A DNA stretch of 64,000 bases from the human T2T-CHM13v2.0 reference genome, Homo sapiens: assembly GCF_009914755.1 (NCBI RefSeq), contig NC_060929.1; one strand, written 5' to 3'. The translations under genes were made by a program, and so were the position numbers. Shown here piece by piece: positions 57,101 through 64,000 of the stretch; position 1 is the first letter of the stretch; each line of letters begins with the position of its first letter. Below the pieces are notes generated by a model. The model was not told the origin of the DNA, did no database searches, and saw only the letters and a list, made by a program, of their open reading frames with translations.

Positions 57101-58269
57101 AATGAAGTCATATGGGGATAGTTTCGAAGTGGTTCAAAAATTGTCACTAGAACTTTGTATTCTTCCCTTTCAATATTTTGTCTCCAAAATAGCCATTCTA
57201 CTGCATTAGTCTTTTATGTGACAAGTTGTCCGTGTTCTTTATAATTTGTTTCTACTAGAACATATCTGTCTTCTGTCTCATTCCATTATGGCCGGTTCTC
57301 TGCCATGGAGTTGATGAATTGAGTGGAACAAAGGCATTCTTCACGGATAATGTCTCTCATGCATATCATCTCATACATAACATGTTTTCATTTAAATAAT
57401 TGCCTTCAGGGACATAATCTGAAGAAGTTAATAATGGTGAGAAAATGAGGGCACTATGCCTGTGCAAGGGTTTTACCTGTATGAGAACCTGCTCCAGAAC
57501 TCTCCAGATGAACTGAAAAGACAGCTTCCTCCTCTACCAAAGCTCAACATAAACCCTAGTTATAAACAGCCCTTGCAAACTGACAGGCCACAATATTGGA
57601 GAAAACCAGGGCTTTACCTGAACTGTGGAGGACCCATATTTGGGAAGAAGAGAAAAAAGGCACGATGACAACGAAAAGTGTCTAGAAGTGCCTGATTCAA
57701 AGCCACTAGCCACATTTTCATCATTGCATAGTTTTATTGAAAGTGCCCCTCTAGAAAGTGAGGAGGGCCTTGGTGAAAGGAAGTGATCCTTTGTAAGAAG
57801 CTGGTTCTGTGTGTGCCAAGATCGCCCTCATTTGCTAGTAGACATAATGATTGTGGTCCTTAATGTGAGTGGTAAAAAGGTACATACATCATTATGATAG
57901 ATCTTTATTCTAGGGAACTAGTTCTCATGAAGGGAGACTGTGGCTTATGCAGATTTAGTAATAATAATGGATAATAATAATGGATAGCTTTTATTACACA
58001 TCTAAGGACTTAACATACCTTCTGTCTAATGCAATGACTCTTCAAAGTAAGTATATTAATTGTAGTCTACATTTTATAGACAAGGAAACTGAGTTTGATG
58101 GACTATAAGGTGTCTTGCTTATTCATGAACAGGGCAGAGGCTGCTCAGTGAGTCATTGGAAACAACTGCCCAGCCAGGGCCCTCTTTTGTGCACTTGGTT
58201 GTATCAAAGTTGGTTCAAATCAAGACATTTGGATGAGCTAACCTGGTCTCTTTAACGATTGTCTTTTAA

Positions 58270-58535
58270 CATCATTTCCCAAATTGTGGTCCAGGATTAT
58301 AGTGTTAGATGAGAAAGGATTCTAAGATCAAACGGTTTGCCAAATGTTAGGTTAAGAAAAATTAAACAAGCTTATTTATTGTGGAACTTCTCAGAGCCTT
58401 CAATATATTATTACTCATAGTGAATCTCCAAGAAGGAATATGTTAGGTAGATATTTCAAGGCTTACTTGACCACAGAAGCCTTTTGCAGCAGTTTCTTGA
58501 GTATAAGTGTTCTATAGGATACTCTCTGAGAAGTG
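58270..58535. mobile_element. MER103-like hAT MITE
   Basis: ggaacttctcagagccttcaata...gtgaatctccaaga...cttacttgaccacagaa. Confidence 0.6.
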
Positions 58536-58777
58536 AGACTCCATGCAAATGGCCACTCAGAGTGTAGAACTCTAACTGGAGGAAGTGCTTTTCTGTTGCT
58601 GGCAATCTCAGAATTTCTTGGTATACATTATGTGCTCAATAATTATTTTAGAATAAATCTTCACTGAATGAAATAATGTAGAGTTTAGGCCTCTTCCGTG
58701 CTAGACTGAGGAATCAGGACTGGTTTCTCATCTTATGAGAGGGTACTGGGCCCCATTTGTGGTGGGGGAGGTGCTCT

Positions 58778-58794
58778 GTGTGTGTGTGTATGTA

Positions 58795-58831
<37 letters not shown>

Positions 58832-58835
58832 GTGT
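58778..58835 (+). repeat. Compound (TG)n-(TATGTG)n microsatellite
   Basis: tgtgtgtgtgtg followed by about 7 tatgtg units. Confidence 0.92.
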
Positions 58836-59859
58836 GAGTGCATGTATGCACATGCATTCTCTTAGCTTATTGATAAATGGAAATTCTTTTTTTAACCTTG
58901 ATATTTATTACTAATAATCATATCAATAACATATTTCCATATCTCAAAATCATTAATTTTATTTAAGGAATAATACTTAGAAGAATTCATGGCCAGATAC
59001 AATATTGAATTTGATGTTTGTAACAGGAGCTGAGTCAGCAATCCTCCCACAGTCAAGTTGGTCAGTCCTCTGCCTAAGGGCCTGTGAAATAAGTGGGCAC
59101 CAGGACATTCCTCTTTGTCAAAAATGGAGGCACGATGAAGCAGAATGTCCCACGGAATAATATTTAGTGGGAGAGAGGACCTCTGTTGTTATGTCTCCTG
59201 CAAATTCTCTGTGTCGCTGTGGCCTTCCACCAACACCCATCACAGAGGCCTCTGTTGTGACGGTCTGTTCAAGCCAGTTTTCTGGGCAGGGAGGCCTCTC
59301 TGTCACTAAGCAGGCAGCCCTGACACAGTGGGGCCCTGCTGGGCTCTTGGCACCATTTGAGGTAGCTTTCCTCTTCCCCACTGGCTTGTTGGAGCAGAGA
59401 GGCAGTAAAACAACCCAAACCACACACAGCAGAGTGTGGCCAGTGTCTCTGTCTTATATAAGCTGATGGTCTCTCACACTGGTCCTTAGGCTGGGAAGAT
59501 AGCAGGTGGGACCCAAGCTTTCATGCTCAAGGCATCCCCTAGAAAAGTCTGGTTCCTTCCATCAAATCTAGCCTCATCACACGGCTCATTTCTATTCATG
59601 GAAGGTGCTGTTCTCTTCTACAAAATCCCATTGAGTGTAATGAGCCCAGTGGGCTGGCCATGTAATTCTTTCTCCAGCTGAGCACAGTGATGATCGAGTT
59701 CTCTGTGGGTAGTAATGTTTCCTCATTCTACTCTGGAACCAGTCAACAGGAACTGAAGATGCTGTAGTGTATCATTCAGTGGATATGAGCTGAACAAATA
59801 GACCTCTGGCAGGGAACTCCATTGATTCATCTTTATCAGGAGTCAAAATGCAATCAGGT

Positions 59860-60417
59860 AAATTGGCCAATGGAAATTTGTGTATGTGTGCACCAAAAAC
59901 ATGTACATGCATGTTCGCAGTAGCATTATTTGTTACAGCCCCAAACTCAAAATATCTCAAATCTGTCTTAACAGTCTGATGGATAAGTTGTGGTAAATTT
60001 ACCCAATGGAATATTACACAGCAGAGACTAAGCAAACTGAAACCACAGCAACAACATGGATCGTCTCACAGACATAATGTGGAGCACAAGTAGCTGGACA
60101 CGAAAGGAGTGAAATACTCTAGGATTTCATTTATATTTAACCTCAAAAACAGGCAAAGCTAATCTCTGGTGTTCAAAGCCACTTCTGGAGGATGACTGAG
60201 AAGACGACACAGGGAACTGTTCTGGGATGTTGGTGTTATTTCATTTCTTGATCTGATGGTGGTTTCATGAGTAAGTTTACTCAAAACAAACTCATTAGGC
60301 TAGGTGCAATGGCTCACGCCAGTAATCCCAGCAATTTGGGAGGCTGAGACAGGACGATGACTTGAGACCAGGGGTTTGAGACCAGCCTGGCCAACATAAT
60401 GAGACCTTGTGTTTACA

Positions 60418-60448
<31 letters not shown>

Positions 60449-60685
60449 TAGCTGGACGTGGTGGTGCGTACCTATAGTCCCAGCTACATGGGAGGCTAAG
60501 GCGGGAGGATTAGTGAGCCTGGGAGGTTGACGCCGCAGTGAGCTGAGATCGTGTCACTATGCTCTAGCCCAGGTGACAGAGTGAGACCCTGTCTCTAAAA
60601 TAATAAATAAATAATAAAATTTATTGAACTGTAGACTTGTGTACTTTTATGTATGTGTGTTATACTCCAATAAAAAGTTTAACTA
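59860..60685 (+). mobile_element. Old L1M (L1ME/MD-like) 3' end interrupted by AluJ
   Basis: atgttcgcagtagcattatttgt...aaaaacaggcaaagctaatct...tatactccaataaaaagtt. Confidence 0.75.
60298..60618 (+). mobile_element. AluJ
   Basis: Expanded middle A-tract and (AAAT)n tail. Confidence 0.92.
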
Positions 60686-62566
60686 AATAATGTAAAAAAT
60701 ATAATGAAGGCTCATAAGTGGTCTGTTTCTGTCTTTTAGAGGATTTGTTTCTGAAATACAGGAAGAGAAGGTTGGCAGAGTATGATGAGGCCAGTTCCTT
60801 CTTCCAAACTCTTCCACTGGGAGGAGTGAATGAGAGTATGGGGTGTGTCATTCTGGGGAGATCCCTCTATATGAGGATTAGGGGCATACATTTTTCCCAA
60901 CGGTGTAGATTCCAACTTTATCTGATTCTGAAACACTTACTTTAACCAAAGGAATGGTTCAAAAGTCACATTTCAGACCAGTGTAGTGTGTATTTTAAGA
61001 TCTTGGCTTTTGGGGGAATTCTTAGGTCTTCCAGATAGGTCCCTACTGCTTGGAGACATGCGGTCAGGGATCATAGAGATTCAAGAGTTTGTTGTTAATG
61101 GTTTGTTGCTGCACATCCATCAACAGATGAATTGTATGTTGATTTCATGGGAAATGGGAAAACCTAAGTAATTTTTGGTTAATGAGGATTTAAGCTGGGT
61201 AGTTGGCTTCTACTCTTTGTATACTGATGAATACTTTCATTAAACTGATCCTTTTATGGAAAGGATATATTAGGTAATGGAAAATTTCCACAAATGAGTA
61301 TTTTTTATTTTTGCTAGAAACACTAATGAGAGAATAAAAAAAACTCTGAGTTTCTTTCATTACAGTGCCATCAAAGAGACAGGAATAGCTTAAAATAACC
61401 AGAACTTACATTTAAAATCACAAATTCAGCACTCAGCCTTGTCAAAACCCTCAAATGCACAGGCTCGACTGTCTAAGGCAACTCAGCATTAGCTTTATCA
61501 AGAGTGGATTCCTAGGACATGCCTAATTTGCGAGAAATCTTTGAGTTCAGAGAACTTGCTTAGTTGAAGTTTCATTATGCATGAAGTTGTTCATGTCTGG
61601 TTCCAGTGTTGAAATTCTGCAATTTGCCAGCTGTGGATTGAGAAAAAAATGCCTGAGAATTTTAAATAGGAAGACCAAGGCTAGGTCACCTTTTAAGGAC
61701 TTTTTAAACTTTGGAGTATCAAGCAAAGAGACTGTAGACATGTATTAATTATGAAGGGATGACATAAGTACTTAAATAGTTATTATTAGTATGGTTCTAG
61801 CAAAATTAGATGCAAATTTTGTTTTTAGATCTATACCTCCTATAATGTCTCTCTACTTTTTTTTACTTCTCTAGATCCCACCCCCAACACAGCATTGCTC
61901 TAGGCTTGCCCTGTCTTGAACATGTGTGTTCTTTGTTCATTTGCTTGTTCTTCAATTCATTCACACACCCATTTATGCATATACCAAATATTAATATATA
62001 GATTTAGCACATACTATATTAATGGAATAGAATCAGTCTTAAGCAAAATATATGGTTTATTTTGGGCCTTCTAGAGATGATGTCTACCCTTTTGTACTTT
62101 CATTTGTTAGTGATTATAAAAAGAATTCTATATTAGTTGATTGAAAAGAATACATTGCAGGCTGATGGGGCACCTCTCAGTCAACATCTGGTGCTTTGGA
62201 TTTGATTGTGCCAAGAGATTTTTCTTTTCCTCTTCTTTTGTTGTCTGATATATTGTGCAAAAAAAGAACTTTTCTGCCATCAATTAAGCCATCAGCTATG
62301 TACTTGCCAAAATGGCCTACTCGGGACAGCTCAATTGACTACTTAGAACCATTCCTCTTTATTGAGGGAGCTGCGTGGTGACCTAGTCTTTGTAGCTGCG
62401 TGTAGGTCTCTGTGACTTTGCCTTCATCTCTCATCCATGGATAACGCATCAGCAGAAGATGAGTCAGAAAGAGAGTCACATATGATGACAGGAAAGCAAG
62501 GTTGGATAACAGGAGGCCCCAACAACCCACAGCCATGGAGTGGTCTACTCCAAGTGGACTTTAAGC

Positions 62567-62895
62567 CAGTGGTCCCCAGCCTTTTTCACACCAAGGACCA
62601 GTTTTGTGGAAGACAGTTTTTCCACAGACCTGGGGTGGGGTATGGTTTTGGGATGAAACTGTTCCATCTCAAATCATCAGGCATTAGTTAGATTCTCATA
62701 AGGAGCTTGCACCCTAGATCCCTCCCATGTACAGTTCACAATAAGGTTCGTGCTCCTATGAGAATCTAATGCCATTGCTGATCTGACAGGAGGCAGAGCT
62801 CAGGCAGTAATGCTCACTGACACACCACTCACTTCCTGCTTTGTGGCCTGGTTCCTAACGGGCCATGGGTGTGGCCCGGGCACTGGGGATCCCTG
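62567..62895 (+). mobile_element. MER1B hAT MITE
   Basis: CAGTGGTCCCC...GGGGATCCCTG TIRs with perfect 8-bp TSD CTTTAAGC (62559-62566 and 62896-62903). Confidence 0.92.
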
Positions 62896-63194
62896 CTTTA
62901 AGCTCTCCACTACCTTCAGGTTTCAGAATGTCTAACATCACTCTGGTGACTGTGCCTCCAGTCACTCTAGCAGTTCCAGTAGGTAAGTATTCAGGGGCCC
63001 AGTGACTTCCAGATGCTGCTTCTGATCAGAACATTTCAGAAAAAAGGATAAAATGACCTGAAGGGGACCATCCTAGCTTTCTGGACCCCATCTTATCCAG
63101 CTGCAAATGGAACAGCTTTTCTTTTTGATTAGCTCTAGAAAATGAAGGAGAATATCTTCCCTTTTGAAATTTCCTTCTTTTTTCCATTCCAAAA

Positions 63195-63370
63195 TTTAAA
63201 AAACATTTCACAAAGATTGAATATATTCAAGGTGTATGGCATGATGATTTGACACATGTGTACATTGTGTAATGATTTGTGCCATCAAATTAATACATCC
63301 ATTGCCACCCATCCTATAGAACCATTCTATACCCAGAACTTGTCATCTTATAACTTAACATTTTTTTCTG
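63195..63370 (-). mobile_element. L1MA 3' end fragment
   Basis: atatattcaaggtgtatggcatgatgatttga...tacattgtgtaatgatt...ccagaactt..tcatcttataact. Confidence 0.7.
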
Positions 63371-63477
63371 TTTTGAATTATCTGGTATCTTACCTATGAT
63401 AGGATTACTGAAGAAGGGACAATGGGAGGTTAAGTAATTCATTCCTTTCTCATGTCCTCAAATCATGATGTAATTAA

Positions 63478-63828
<351 letters not shown>

Positions 63829-63927
63829 ACAAGTGATTTCTTGAATATCTCAACTCAGTGGGATTCAAATATGAAGTGGTTGGTTTTTCTCCTATGACTT
63901 CCTTCAAACATGCTCCTTTAGGTTACC

Positions 63928-64000
63928 TTTTTGTTTGTTTGTTTGTTTTTAGGCAGAGTCTTGCTCTGCTGCCCAGGCTGGAGTGTAGTGGCACAATCTC
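63928..64000 (-). mobile_element. Alu 3' end (runs off the window)
   Basis: (TTTG)n tail followed by cagagtcttgctctgctgcccaggctggagtg. Confidence 0.88.

Overview
Primate (hominoid, very probably human) non-coding DNA, intronic or intergenic and rich in repeats. I found no host protein-coding exon, RNA gene or CpG island that I can support. The long ORFs in the track come from LINE-1, and the short ones are Alu-derived or chance. Main contents: two short, 5'-inverted (twin-primed) L1PA insertions lying tail to tail; a full-length but inactivated ~6.15 kb L1PA4/5-type element on the minus strand; about 22 Alus; many solo ERV/MaLR LTRs, several with intact TSDs; hAT DNA transposons (Charlie1a, MER1B, MER5, MER33, MER103); and a Tigger remnant. 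Subfamily names come from my recall of consensus sequences, not from a search. The most unusual item is a ~280 bp TSD-flanked, poly(A)-tailed insert at 29817-30099 made of old repeat fragments, which looks like an orphan L1 3' transduction or a retrocopy of a non-coding RNA. Other oddities are two short dispersed duplications, two perfect 12-bp hairpins, template-switch scars in Alus and several candidate non-coding exons. I see no evidence for a wholly new biological system.
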